This document shows positions 23,100 through 37,243 of a DNA stretch of 64,000 bases, in pieces; position 1 is the first letter of the stretch, and each line of letters begins with the position of its first letter. Below the pieces are notes generated by a model. It saw only the letters and a program-made list of their open reading frames with translations, ran no database searches and had not been told where the DNA came from. The stretch comes from Octopus sinensis (taxonomy: Eukaryota): the NCBI RefSeq assembly GCF_006345805.1, contig NC_043000.1:67270001-67334000 (forward strand). The letters are read 5' to 3'. A program made the position numbers and the translations under genes.

Positions 23100-24300
23100 C
23101 ATTCTTCACACGGACGAGCGAGATGGAGCCACCTGGGTTGAGACTATCCATCCCTGTCCAAAAGTGTCCATGAGCACATTTTGAGTCAGTCGAACTGTGA
23201 AGTATCCTACATTTCGGTTTAAAAAAGAATCCCTCATACGTTTATTTGCCGCCAGGACCCAGTCATGCTTACAAAACGTGTTACATCCAGGATTTGAATA
23301 GATGTACTAATACAACTCTTCACCAAAAGTCTTTTGTTTAGGTGAGTGTGGTATTGCTTTCTTATCTCACATCAGTCAATTTGTTATTTAGTCGGTTATA
23401 TATAGGGTATACATTAAATTGCATGGGCAATCATTTTTTTCGGATCAATATAACGTTGAGGGCCTCTGTGGAAGCAACCTTCTTCTCTTGTATCATGCAC
23501 ACTTGTTTGGAGATTTCATGGTTTGTTTTCTTTAGTTTTTTTCCAGTTGCTTTGCAACCCTTCAGTGGACTCCATTTCATCTCCAATATAAGGATGAAGC
23601 TCTTAGCTTCTTGGTCTTTTCCTCTCTGCTGGCTGCCTTGTCAGCTCTTGAGATTTTTCTGTCATTGGTGATCTCTTGAGAACTACACTTGTGGTCTGTT
23701 CTTGTTTTCTTTTTCTCTACCGTTTGACTCCCTTCAAGACAAAAGTAGGTACGCATGTGGAGCAACTGAGCCTTCTACCCTGCACTACCAGTCTCATAGG
23801 TTTTCTTTTTCCTAGTCTTCTGACAAGGCACAGTTCGGGAATGGCTCTCTGATCTTCAAAAGTTATGATTTGTATGTCTATGGAGAACCCCGTCTCATTA
23901 TATATCATTGCTAGTTGCTTTGACACCAAACACTGCTCATACTGTATTGACGAACCAAATTGTCAGTGTTGTTGTTAATGTTCCTCTGACCATTGAACTC
24001 CTCTTACTCAGAAGCGTGGTGCACTAACTGATCTATCATTTCATTTTGACTTTGGTCTTGAAAATGAAGCACATGCTCCATTATATTTTGTTTTAGATAA
24101 TAGAGACTCTGTCTTTCCACAAATCAGTCAATTGTTCTTTTGAAGGTCCTTGAAAACTCTCAATCTCATTCACAAACCAGATATACTTGCCTCTTTGTTG
24201 TTGCACGAATCCTACATATAAAGAGGCACTGTCTTTAGTGACAATCAACTGCTACACTGTTTTCTAGTTCAGTAACAGCCAGTTGTTTCTTTGACTGGCA
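23100..24300 (-). pseudogene. Possible decayed non-LTR element (ORF1 zinc-knuckle-like region plus endonuclease start)
   Basis: AIPE...RLVVQGRRLSCSTC resembles a LINE ORF1 knuckle region, and VCMIQEKK resembles the APE motif IQETK. Heavily disrupted. Confidence 0.3.
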
Positions 24301-25475
24301 ACATCAGTGAAAAAGTTGCTGTTGTTAATGTTTTTGTTTGTTTCTGGTAAATTAATGTTTTTGCTTGTTAAAATTGTTATTATTTTCCATTTGACAAGTA
24401 TATATACTCACCTATTAAGTTTATTTTCAGTTTTCTAAGTTTATACTATGTTTTTGTAAAGTTACCTTTTTTTTAATTTTTTGGTGGTGGTAGTGGTGGT
24501 GAATTCCCTGCAGTTTAGCATGAGTAGCAAAAACAAAATTTGTAAAATATCTAAAAGCATATCTTTTCATTTCTTTACTCCGTGAAGGGGTGAATATCCA
24601 CATAGTCATACAGTTTTCAACTTGAAAATAATCCAAAACATGAAAACTTTTCATTGAGTAAGCTTGCCAAGAATTTGCATCAAATCCAGCTTGCCAGATT
24701 CCTACTGGAACTTGAAACAATTTATAGTATTCATTCTCAGTCTTCATCTATCATTTAGAGTTTATATATAGTATATAAGAATGTTTTCTTACATTGGCAA
24801 AATTCCACAAATCCTCAGAAGGATTAAGTTGATTGAATCACCTCAATGTATACCTAATATTTATTTCATTCATTAATTCAGAAAATGTATCCATTTTAAC
24901 TCAGGCAAAATATGATCTTTGAATTCTGAGGGACAAAACTATTCAATATTTAGTGTTGTAGCCTACTACATTATACAGTAATACTATACAAACATTATAT
25001 CATTGACAATCATAAATACCAGGGGAGTCTGTTAGATTAGGCATGACTTGAGGCCCTGCCAAATGAACCTAATTGGAGGAATATGTACACACACACACAC
25101 ACACAATTAGATTATTGTGACAGTGGTACTAAAATAGCAAGTATGCTAGTGCTTCATCAGACCAAATGCCAGCCCTTTACATTCAGGCATAAAATTCTCC
25201 TAGAATTAATTTTGCTTTTCACACCTTCTACATCAATAGAAGAAGTAGCAGTTATGTACTAGAATTATTTCAACTGACCTTTCCAATACAAATTTTGGAC
25301 CTTGAGCTAATGTATAAAGTTAATATATTCTGCAATATACTTAAGTGGGAAAACACACAGAAATTCTAAGACTACTTTTACATGTCTGGATGTATCTAAA
25401 AAGAAAGAAGACCAAATATATGACGCTTGATAAACAATAGCTCTGATAGATTTCGTTTGCAGGTTTGATGCTATA

Positions 25476-28400
25476 TCATCATCACTGTCTTGCTTTCCAT
25501 GCTCGCATGAGCTGGATGGCTTGACTGAGAACTGGAAAACTGGGAGGCTGCACCGGGCCCCAGTCTGATTTGGCAAGGTTCCTAGCTGGATGCCCTTCCT
25601 AACACCAACCACTTTGGGAGTGTGGTGGGTGCATTTTATGTGGCACTGGTACAGGTGCCAGTCAGACGGCACTGACATTGGCCATGCCTAAATGTCGCTT
25701 TTTACATGACACCAGCACTGACATCGATTTCACTCAGTTCAACAGATTTTCATAAGCATGGCATATCACCTGACAATTAGAGGGTGCTTTTAAATGGGCC
25801 AGTTATGCAACACTGGCATTGGCCATGACTACAATCTCACTTGGCTTGCCAAGTCTTCTCAAGCACAGCATATCTCCAAAGGCCTTGGTTGCTTGTTATT
25901 GCCTCTGTGAGGCCCAATGTTCAAAGGTTGTGCTTCACCAGCTCATCCCATGTCTTTCTGGATGTACTTCTTCCACAGGTTCTCTCCACTGTTAGGGTGT
26001 GACACTTCTTCACACAGCTGTCCTCATCCATATGCATCACATGATCATACCAACGCAGTCATCTGTCTTACACACCACATCTGATGCTTCTTATGTCCAA
26101 CTTTTCTCTCAGGGCACTTACACTCTGTTGTGTATGCATACTGACATTACACATCCAGTGGAGCATACTAGCTTCATTTCTTTCGAGTCTACGCATGTCC
26201 TCAGCAGTTATAGCCCATGTTTCACAGCCATGTAGCATGGATGTTCACACACAGGCATCATACAGTCTACTTTTCACTTTGAGTGAGAGGTCCTTTGTTA
26301 CCAGCAGAGGTAGGAGCTCTCTGAACTTTGCCCAGCCTATTCTTATTCTAGCAGCTATGGTCCCAGAGCATCTACCCCACAAATGATTTTGTCACCTAGA
26401 TAACAGAAGCTATCTACTACCTCTAGCTTGCCATGGCATGTGATAGAATGTTTTCTGTACAATTTTGGTGTTTATTGCACCTGTGCATCTTCTGCTCACA
26501 AAAACTATCTTCCCAGTTAGCCTTCCTTTGATATTGCTGCACCTTTTATGTGTCCACAGCTTACACCAAGTACATCTTATGGAGTTTCTACCTATGCCTT
26601 TTCTGCAGATCGAGGAGGCCCATCTACCTAAAGTGATTTGTGACTTGTTCTCCTTCCTACTCACTAAGACTTTGGCTTTTGCTAGGTTAACACTAAGGCC
26701 CTTTGATTCTAGACATTGCTTTCATACCTGAAACTTCTTCTCTAGTTCTGATAGTAACTCAGCTATTAGAGCAAGGTCATCAGCATAGAGGAGCTCTCAG
26801 GGGCAGCCTATCTTGAATCTATCTGTTATTTCCTGGAGGACAATGATGAACAAAAGGGAGTTGAGGACTGATCCTTGGTGAACCCCTACTTCTACCCTGA
26901 ATTCTTCACTATACTCACTGCCAACCCTCACCTTACTGACAGCATCCTATACATGGCTTGTAGAGCTCTCACCAACCACTCATCTATCCCTAGTTTCTGC
27001 ATTGACCACCAGATAAGGGATCAGGGGTCCCTATTAAAGTCTTTATACATGTCAATGAGAGCCAGGTATAGAGGTTTATGTTTGGCTAGGTATTTTTCCT
27101 GCAGCTGTCTTACCAGAAATATAGCATCAGTGGTGCTTTTCCCTGGCACAAATCCGAACTGCATCTTGTCTAGGCTGACTCTCTCCCTAATTAGTTGGGC
27201 TATGACCTGCTCCATGACTTTCATCACCTGATTCAACAATTTGATACTTCTGTAATTATTTCTATCTAAGGTGTCACCTTTACCTTTGCAGGAGTTAACT
27301 ATGGTGCTGCTGCACCAGTCATTGGGTATAACTCCTTTGTGTATCACCTGGTTAACTATACAGATGACTAGACTATAGCCTACACCTCCAGATATTTTAA
27401 GCATCTCAGCAGTAATTCCTGATGGGTCAGGGACTTTCCCTGTCTTCATATCCTTAATTTCTTTATCTACCAAGGTACTGTCAATTTGGATAGCTGGTCC
27501 CTCTGTTGGGTTGATATTTGGTAGACTCTCTTTCTCCCATTCCTTCTCTTTCTTTAGCAACCTTTCATAGTGTCATCTCCAAGTTTCTTTCTTTGCAGCA
27601 TCATTAAAGGCAAGTGAGCCATCATCTATGCGGACACATTTCTCTCCTATGACATTGTGATTTTCTCTCACACAGTCTTGCAATTCAAAACACAAGTCTC
27701 TGGTCCTCATGATGCAGAACATTGGCAAATTTTTTCTTATCTATTTCTCTTCTGGCTAAGTAAACCTATCTCTTAGCTTCCATTTTGGCTATCTGATACA
27801 GTTCCCTGCTACCACCACACTTCCAATCCTTCCATGCCTGTTTCTTTTCCCTAATGGCCTTGTCAACTACACTGCTCCACCACCATGTTACCTTAGGTCG
27901 AGAGGAGACTTTGCACCAGCCACAGATCTGATCAGTAGTCTTCAACAGGTTGTCCCATAGGAACCTCCAGTTGTCCTCCACATTATGTGATCCTATATCC
28001 TCCTTTCTTTCATCAAAAGCTTCAAGTAATGCATCTCTAGATCTTTGTTCATTCAGAGGATTCTTAAGCTGCCAGACCCTTCTTTTTCACACTGGTCGTC
28101 TTCTGGGCAGCCATTTAGCCCTGATCCTGAAGTCACTAACTACTAAACTATGTTGTGGATGCATTCTTCACCAGGGAAAGTTTTGGCATTTGTAAGTAAC
28201 CATCGTTCTCGTTTCCCAGTGAAACTATAGTCAATTTGACTGGTGTACCCACTAGACTGGTAGGTGAACAGATGACTGGCGAGTTTCCTGTTATTACATA
28301 ATCATTTGCATCACAGAATTCCACTAGCCTGGTTCCTTCTTCATTATGGGAACCAAATCTGTGGCCACCATGCACACCATGGAAGCTCCCTGAATGTTGT

Positions 28401-28900
28401 CTAGCATGCCAGCCACAAAGAGAAGTTCCCTGTCATTCATTGATGAGGTAGTTTGTAACATTGTGTCATAAAATCAGTCTTTCTGTTCATCAGGTAGTCC
28501 TGGCTGAGCTAATGGTTGCTATTCCATATTGCAGCACTAGTCTAAGCTTAAGTATTCTATCACAGACTCTGACTACCTCAATTACCTTATCAACCCATTT
28601 CTCAGCAAAGTGTATTCCCATGTCCCCCAACCCCATCACTGTTCCTTACCCAGAAAATATTATACCTATGTTCTTTGCCTGTGAGGAACCTAGCAGAACT
28701 TCCTCTCCACCTTACCTCCTGGATGTGACACAAGTCTACACGCCTCCGTTCAAGCATCTCAACAATCTCACTAGACATACTTTTCAATGTGCCAACTCTG
28801 AGGGTGTGAAAGGTGTGGGCTAACAAGACCCTGGGATGGGGGACAGCAGCATTGTGCATCTGAAAAGAAAGCTTTCATGTGCATTTGGTAGACATTGTAA
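25476..28900 (-). mobile_element. Near-full-length decayed RTE-clade LINE (APE endonuclease + RT)
   Basis: APE start RVGTLKSMSSEIVEMLERRRVDLCHIQEVRWRG (28602-28859), FGSHNEEGTRLVEFC, RT NYRSIKLL..QFGFVPGKSTTDAIF (27021-27560), LLYADDLA (~26773-26795), RTE-type C-terminus, modular 3' UTR and (GAT)n tail. Many stops and frameshifts. Confidence 0.92.
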
Positions 28901-30574
28901 ACATAAAAACAGGCTTCAACCTGCATACACTTCATCATTATAATTGTTTTAACAGGAGGTAGACACTAGATAGGGTTGGAGGGGAAGAGGGGGGAAAGCG
29001 TTGCATATAGGTAACCATTGGATGTGCTCAGGAGAAAGACATCTTGTAGAGGTTAGAGAAGAAAAACTTCTGGTATAGGTGGTGGGAGTGGGTTGACAGG
29101 GTGTGCCATGAATGGTAAAACATTATGACTGCTGATGTGAACCACTAATTAACAATCAACATAGGAAAGCAAGTGGGTAACAAAACTGAGAGAGAGAGAG
29201 AGAGAGAGTGGTGACATTTTTGAGAATCAGGGTTACAGTCAAGGAAACAATGGAACATTTGGATAAGAGAACAGGTAACAAAACAAAACAAAACAAATGA
29301 AGAGATGGAATTTTCAAGATTTAGAGCAAAAGTAAACAGAATTTAACAATTGGATTTCTTAATTTCGCTATAACATACTGCTAAATTGATTAACTAAATG
29401 AATAACCATAATAATTATAATGATATATGTATATATATATATATATAAATCGTTATATATTGTAAATTATTATATATTTAATGTTTGTTTTCCGTGTTGG
29501 CATGTGTTGGACTTTCATAAATCTGAAATGCCAGCATTAGTTGTACTCTTATGAATCAGAAATGACCATCGTGTTCTAAGTCTCCATGTTTGTTTCCTCT
29601 TCAACTCCTTGAAATGTTTCTAAACCAGTATTCAATGCTGGGTACCATGACTTGCTGTCAGCTTTTGCTAGTAATATTTGAATGCGATTTTGTTCTACCT
29701 AAAAATAGAATTTTAAAACAAATGACATTAAAAAAAATATTGTATATCAAAAATGATAAACAATATGGATTACTTATTTTCTTAGTTTTGATATAATGCC
29801 AACAATAGTGAACAGAGATTAAGCTTCAACAATAAGAAATAGAAGAAAATAATTTACTGTACAGGTTAGTAGCATACAAAGAAGCTATGTATAAGGAATT
29901 ACATTGAAATATGTAGACACTGTTGAAATGATAGGTAGTGAAATTATGTGGTAAGAGGTGGGAATCTTGGCTGTAGCAAGTAAATAAATACAAGCAGCAG
30001 AGATAATTATAGTAAAATATATATCAAAAGTTAAAGTAAGAAATAGCAAAGAGAAAATATCTTACTATACTATTAAGAGAAGAAAACACCTGTAGATGTA
30101 GCCTGCTAAAGTCCAGTCATTGAGGTTAGTAGTCTCTACATAATTGGTGGTGCTTAATCTGCTAAAAGTAGCAGTTAAATCTATCTCACATCATGCCCTA
30201 CTGTCTTAAATAAATAAGGATACATTGGATATTGCAGGCCCTGATAGGATGGCCACGTCTGGAACATCCTTAATCATAGTCATGTATGATCTAAACATAA
30301 ATCATAGCTCTATATGTTGTATATTTAGAAAGCTTTATGGAAAGTTTAATTTATAGATAAGAGTAAATTTGATAATTAACAAGCGAAATATTTCTATAAA
30401 AACTGTGTAGAAATGGTAATTATGATTGAGAATTAAAGATTAGATACCTTTCTATTTCTGATTTTCAATAGTTGTTCTACATAACTTTTATTATTTTATT
30501 AAAAAAATATCACTGAGTTACTTAGACATCATCTTCATGAAAAACAATAGTTAAGTTAGTGTTAGCATATTTAA

Positions 30575-30790
30575 CCCTCTAGAATTTAAACTGGCCATAT
30601 CCAACCCAAATGTTATACCTGTTTTATGTACAGACTGACCATATTCAGCCTCTCACACATGCCATACAATGTCATTCTAAAAACAAACAAGCACGCCCTT
30701 GAAACCTCAGCACAAAATGATAATGCATGATTAATTCAAAACAATATGAATAAATTAGCATTGCATTTGACAGTTATTATCATAACTTTT
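30575..30790. mobile_element. piggyBac-like MITE, degenerate
   Basis: Begins TTAA|CCCT and is colinear with 55912-56131. Confidence 0.55.
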
Positions 30791-31546
30791 ATTATCACAA
30801 AGATCAGTAAAATTGACAGATAGTGATCAGGGGCATTTATATTTTAGACCACTTCAACTTAGTTCAAACTAACAAAGAGCCTTTTTATCATTCAGCCTAT
30901 TGCAAACAGCCTTGCATCTCAAATAACCAAAGACCACATTAGTCATGAGCCAGCTGAAAATAGCAGCCAAATACCTCTAAAATTACAACTTTGCATCTTA
31001 AATAAGAAAGCAACATATTGGATAATGAAGTTCTCTATTACATTCCACTAAAAATGGCAGGATGATCATGACTGGAATACCTTTGATAACAGAGATAACT
31101 GAGGAAGAAGGAAATGGGTGAAGGTGATATAGTGATTTACAACATTCTAGCTCTGACAAACAGAGATTATTGTACTATCTTTCATAGTAAATTTAATCAA
31201 AGCCAAACTACAAAAATTTTATTTTTATGTTAAGCTAGAATGAATAATAGAACATACATTAGTATTGTGAAGTTGCTGTTGTTTTGTTATTCAATGTCAG
31301 GTCAACTCTGGTCAAGTAGACATATGATCAAATGCAGTCCAGTCATAAACATTCAGATATTTATCTTTTTTAAAATTTTTTTCAAGAATTATGTAAAACT
31401 ACATTAACTAATGTGTTCTTTTTGTTTCATTTTAAGGGAGCTTTGGCTGCCATTTCTAGCAGGTCAACCAGCCAAGTGGAAGATCTCTTATCATGAAGTG
31501 CAACATTTTATTGAAATATAAATAAGGTAAGACTTTGAAATATATA

Positions 31547-31598
<52 letters not shown>

Positions 31599-31611
31599 AT
31601 ATACAGGGACA

Positions 31612-31790
31612 CAGATAGAGTTGTGTGGTTTAGAAGTTTGCATTTACACATGGTGTCAAGTTCAACTTTACTGTGCAGCACCTTGGGTAGGTATTTTCTA
31701 CTTTGGTCTTGTGTTAACCAATATTTTGTAAGTAGAATCAGGTAGATGGAAACTGTGAAGAAGCCTGTTGTGTGTTTTGTACACTCCTCT
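31612..31790 (+). mobile_element. Degenerate SINE family A 5' half
   Basis: GTTGTGTGGTTTAGAAGTTTGC...GCACCTTGGGTAGG...GGTAGATGGAAACTGTGAAGAAGCC. Confidence 0.6.
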
Positions 31791-32764
31791 CCACCTCCAC
31801 CCCCAGCCCCCTTACTCAGATGGATGAATGGATAAATATGTAGGTGGGTAGTTAGAGATATAGGTATGTGTTCGTATGTGTTCAAACAGTTTAAATGCCA
31901 GTGTCTCTTTTATGTTCTGTTCCGTTTAAGTCTCATAACATCTCTGTTCAATAAATACAGATCAACACTATTGTGTTAATCAGATTGAAATGGAAACAAG
32001 AGTGAGGTGAGGTTGGGTTGATATCATCATCAGCTAAAAGCCCTTGAAGAGGTGTCCCAGTATGGCTGCAGTTCAACAACGACAAGGATAATCTAATAGT
32101 ATATTTTGACAGACACATTTCTCAACAAGAAGAGATTGGCTCTTGGTTAAGTTATAACAGAATAAAGTTCAGTAACGGAATATGTGTGCAGGCATGGATC
32201 TGTGACTCAGTTCATTTTGCAGTCATTTGTAGTTTTAGGTTCAATTTCATGGCATGCCATTTTGGCAAAATGCCTTATTCCATAGCCTCAGATTGATCAA
32301 TTTTTGAGAGTGAAATGCAGTTGACACTCATCAAGCAGATGTCTATTATATCTGTGTGTGTGAGTGTGAGTGTGAGTGTGTGTAATATATTGTATTTAAG
32401 TTCATAAAAACGAAGTAAATCTACAAAGGGCTCTGAGGAAGCTAGAGGTAGATGAGTGGCTTGTGAAAGCCAAAGAGATACGACTCTGGTAAACTTGGTG
32501 ATTTGAAAATAAAATTTGATAAAATTAATGTAATAAAATGATATAATTAGCAGTGTGTTGATAAGCCACAGTTGACTGACTGCATTAAGAGAACAGTAAA
32601 AGAATTAAAGAGTACATTAAATGAAAACCTGAATATATATAAAGGAAATTAAAAACAAAACAACCATCTCTCTAGATACATAATTGACATTTGTTTTATT
32701 TTACTTTTCTGTTCTGTAATTCATACATCTCTGAAAACTTTTATTTTTTTATTAATATTATTAT

Positions 32765-32809
<45 letters not shown>

Positions 32810-35800
32810 ATTATCATCACCACTGTCATCATTGTCGTCATTGTCATCATCATTCATGTCTAATTTCTTTTCCATTCTAACTTGGTTAGACACATCATCA
32901 GTCCAAATCATTTTGAACACATACATAACAGAAAAAAATGGATAACTTTGGTGTCACGTATGTCTTAGAGGAATTTTTATCATGCCACTGACATTATAGA
33001 AGTTGTCACATTGAGTGGGGTGGTAGAACTGAAAAGTTTTATCTGCTGTGAATCAGATCTTACTCAGAGTAACTGCTCGTCTAGATGAGTAACATACGCA
33101 ACTTACTGAGTCTATGTTTCCCTCAATTATTCTAGTTTTGGCATTGTTTTTATACAGGTGAATTCCCTTTGTATTACTTATCACTTTACAGAGTGCACTC
33201 AGGGCATTTTATCATATTAGAAACAGTAGAAAAATTATCCCATGTTAGAACTAAGGCGTTTCCTTTACTCTGTATCAACTTTTTATTATGTAGCGGCACA
33301 ATCAGCCAGCGCCATATTGGATGAGATCTTGCGGCAGCCCTGGCCATCTTCAAGACTGGAGCAAGACCTCACCTGCATCCATTTGCCATGCGTGAGATCA
33401 CAACGAGGCTCACAATGGAAACTATATAAACGGGAAACCAATTCAGACCTGCCTCTTTTGGCGCCATCATCCACAGCAGCACTGGCTGAGGTTTTCTACC
33501 TGTCTATCTCCAGAGGCAATGTGTCCACACTATTGGAGCTTAAGATGGTAGCTGAGAGCAGCACACTTCACCTTTCCTGTGAATAAACCAGTTGTAAATA
33601 GCAGTTGTACTTGAAGTCTTTTCTCTTCACCTGAACTACATAAAGAACAAGAAGAATGATGGAAGGAGATGATAATGCCTTCCATTATTAAAATTACTAC
33701 TGCTCTTGTAGACAGGTAGCATGTGAAGCATCTTGCAGAACTTATGTCTCATGCATAGATTCCATTTTTGGTATGGTTTCTATGAGCGAGTACCCTTTCA
33801 AGCACTACTTTACAATATGATGGCATGTCTATTAATAAAACTGAAAGAAAAGAATAAAGCAAACTTTTAGATGATAGCCAAATCTTTGGGGATTAGCCTG
33901 AAAGTAAGGAATTAATTTTTAAAAATTCTAATAAAAAGAACAAGTCAAGACAAGGAAATGAACCTGTTAAAAAGAGACCATTATGTAAAAATGTCTTCAT
34001 TGAAAACTGGATTATGAGACTCTTTCAAGACTGCTGACTCCTAGTTGCGAAGTGACTGGTTGCAACAGATGGTACTAATATCAGATAAAATTAAGTTAAA
34101 AAATTAGGCAGATAATTAGATGATAGGCATATTCATTTTGAATAGACTGAAAGCATGGAATTAAGAATAAGAAAATTAAGAATAAGACAAAGAAATGAAT
34201 CTTAGAAAAAGGCCATTTTGTAACAATGTAAGCTGTCTTAATTGAAAACAAGGCTATTGATTCCTGAGACAGGTTATAACAGCTGAGTCACTCCCTTCCT
34301 CATAATACACACATTTCCAGACTTTATGAAAATGTCAGAAAACAAATAAAACTATAAAACTATTGGACAATTTCTCCTCTACATTACTTTCACTCAAACT
34401 TTGAATTCATAACCTCCATCTTGCCTGTGATAGAAATTTTCCTATTTTCAACATTCTCCCCAAAGCTCTTCCCAAAAGGCCGAATCTACACTTAAAATCT
34501 TTCTCCCACAATCAATAATAAATGTGGTTGATTTCTCATAGGTTATTTGCAATCTTTTCTACTTACACTTTAGATATGTAGAATAAACCCTTGTGTACAG
34601 AGGGTGTTACTCTACTCCATCTCCAAATGTATCAGTTGATGTCTCATCAGGCAGTGAAGTGGTTCTGTTGGTGTTTTTTCCCCTTCTACCATGACACCAG
34701 AGCTGTCCCAGGCCACCCACCAATGTAAGCAACAAAACTCCCATACAACAGAATGAGTTTTGATGAGTCAGATGTTGTAATGTTTCTATCATCCTCAAAA
34801 ATTCATTTAAAAATGTAAAGAAGATTGATGAAAGATATTTGGTCGCAATAGAGGGCAGGTCAAATGATAATATAGAATCTCCTTTTGTTGATTCATAGAA
34901 TATATTCATTGTTCTAAATAATTTCACCAATCATAACTAATGCAGAAAATGCCATTCTAAACACACAAGGACAACCTCTAAACATGCATTATAATCTTTA
35001 TGCTTCCAGGAGTCTCCAACCACTGCCCAGCCCTTTACTTTAGCTTACACTAAAATACCACATGTCTACAGCACTATTTACCTTCCAGTAATATAAAGTG
35101 ATTAAATGACCAAATTGTATTTTAATTTTCAACTATCCTTTAACCTGTGATGGAAATGGAGTAAGAGTCATAAGTAGACGGTATTCACCCTCTCTTTTAG
35201 CTCATGGGAAAAATGGGAGTTTTATTGTGTCTAATCTCTACTCCTTCCCACTTTCAGCCACATGGGCCTTTGTGTACCTTTGATTCCTAAAATCTATTAA
35301 TATCACTGCTTTTTATCCATGTGGGACTTCAAACAAGTGACAATATAAAGTAAATATATTCCTCTAGATATCATACACCAGAAAATTCCCAAATCCTCCA
35401 CTTGATTAACCTTCTACTATACAGGTTAGAACAGCATGCAAGCTGTGGTGGAAATTACTAACCTTTGATAACCAGAAGCAATCATTTATAAACCTAAATC
35501 CTGCAAAGATCATACACAGGACAAAACGTTCTTTAGTAATGATTGTTTTCCTGGTTTCTTCCCAACAAGTTATCTGCCAGGTTAGTCAAAATTTTGCATC
35601 ATGTAAGCAGTTAGCTATGTTAGACAATACACAAAATGTGTTAGAGAATATATACAGTGTGTTAAAGAAAATACACAATGTGTTATAGAATATATACACT
35701 GTGTTGGAGTATATGTATATTGTGTTGGAGAATGCAAAATGCTTCTTGGACTGGAACTGGGTCTTACGAATTAAGGTTAAGATCTGTGAAGCTTGGTTTA

Positions 35801-35954
35801 GAAGGGAAGGTTAAATACTGTAAGCTCTTCACCCAAGTTGAAAAGTAGGTGAATACTGTACCACTGCATATCCTACCTCATTCCTGTCCCTGATTAGAGT
35901 GTATAGTAACTGTGTTGGAGAATGCATATCATATGCTGAAGATTATATAAAATA

Positions 35955-37243
35955 ATAATGAAATTAATTGTATACAGTGCTCAGGTGCACCACAACTTGT
36001 CAGAAAGTGCATATAAAGTACATGCAGTAATGTAGAAATGTCTGGAAAGCGAACAATGTACGAGTCAGATACATGCTTGTGTGTGTATGGAGGGGAGAAA
36101 ATCAAGTGTAGTGTTGGCGAATCTCAGGAAGCATGGAAGTTTTGAAGGATGCAGTGCTCCGACAACTAACAACTGATGCCGGCAGTTTGTTCCATGCTTC
36201 AGCAACTCTCAGCGTGAAAAAATGTTTCCTGAAGTCATGGGAGCTGTGCTGTTTTCTTACTTTGTAAATATGTCCATGGGTGTTAGATGGGTGGAGTTTG
36301 AAAAGGTGCTCAGAGTTATTGTTTGTACGATGGTTGATAATTTTATGGGTGTCTGCCAAGTCAACTGCCAGACGTCGGAGTTTCAATGTGTCCATGCCCA
36401 GGGAAGTAAGGCGTTCAGGATATGGCAAATGCCTGATGGAGGGTATTCTTTTGGTTGCACGTCGCTGAACAGCTTCCAGACGATTGATATCCTGGGCAAG
36501 ATAGGGGTTCCAGACCGGTGATGCAAATTCCAGGTGAGGTCTTACCATAGCTATATAAAGCTGCAGATAGATAGCCGGAGAGCAGCTCACAAAGGATTTG
36601 GTGAGTGATGCCAAGACACCCTCAGCCTTCTTGACAATTTTAGCGATGAGTTTTGTCCAACGCAAATCACTGTCGACAATAACACCCAGGTCACGTTCAC
36701 ATGAAGACTTTTTGAGACTAGTGTTGTGGAGGGAGTAGGTGGACGCTGGGTTTCTCCTCCCAAAATGCATGGTGGTACATTTGACCACAGCCAGCTTGAG
36801 TTGCCAGTCCATGATCCACTGCTGCATTGTGTCCAGGTCTGCTTGCAATAGAGATCTATAGTGTACAGGATTTGACCTCTTTATTTCGAGGTACAGCTTG
36901 ATGTCATCTGCATATTTCAGCTCTGTGGCATTCTTTAAGTTGGCATCTATGTCATTAACATATGCAACAAATAAAAGGGGGCCAAGAACAGATCCCTGTG
37001 GTACACCAGATGTCATCTCATAGGGCGAAGAGTGCTGTCCTAGAACTGTGACAACCTCTTTTCGGCTGAAAATAAAGGACTTCAACCAGTTATAGAGTTC
37101 GTCTCTTACACCCAACGCAGAAAGCTTCACCATAAGTCTTTTGTGTGGCACAGAGTTAAAAGCCTTAGCAAAGTCCAGGTAAACAACATCCACCCAGGAT
37201 CCGCGATCAGTGATTTGGGTAACGTCCTCAAGAAACTCGAGGT
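35955..37243 (-). mobile_element. 5'-truncated CR1-type LINE with 3' UTR
   Basis: Starts at LEFLEDVT and has an uninterrupted RT frame to its stop codon. A ~140-nt 3' UTR follows, ending in a short AT-rich tail. Confidence 0.88.
36102..37243 (-). CDS. CR1-clade reverse transcriptase, C-terminal ~380 aa, open
   Basis: VDVVYLDFAKAF, SGVPQGSVLGPLLF, KYADDIKLY, ERDLGVIVD, MVRPHLEF and FFTLRVAEAWNKLP. There is no native start because the element is 5'-truncated. Confidence 0.85.

Noticed and set aside
33242-33660. 114-aa ORF as a host gene
   Set aside because: No recognisable domain or convincing splice pair. A different stop-riddled frame weakly resembles a LINE RT N-terminus, too weak to call.
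35630-35740. Degenerate ~21-bp minisatellite as the source of the 29-bp satellite
   Set aside because: Only TGT and TAC-type trimers are shared; there is no convincing alignment to the 29-mer.
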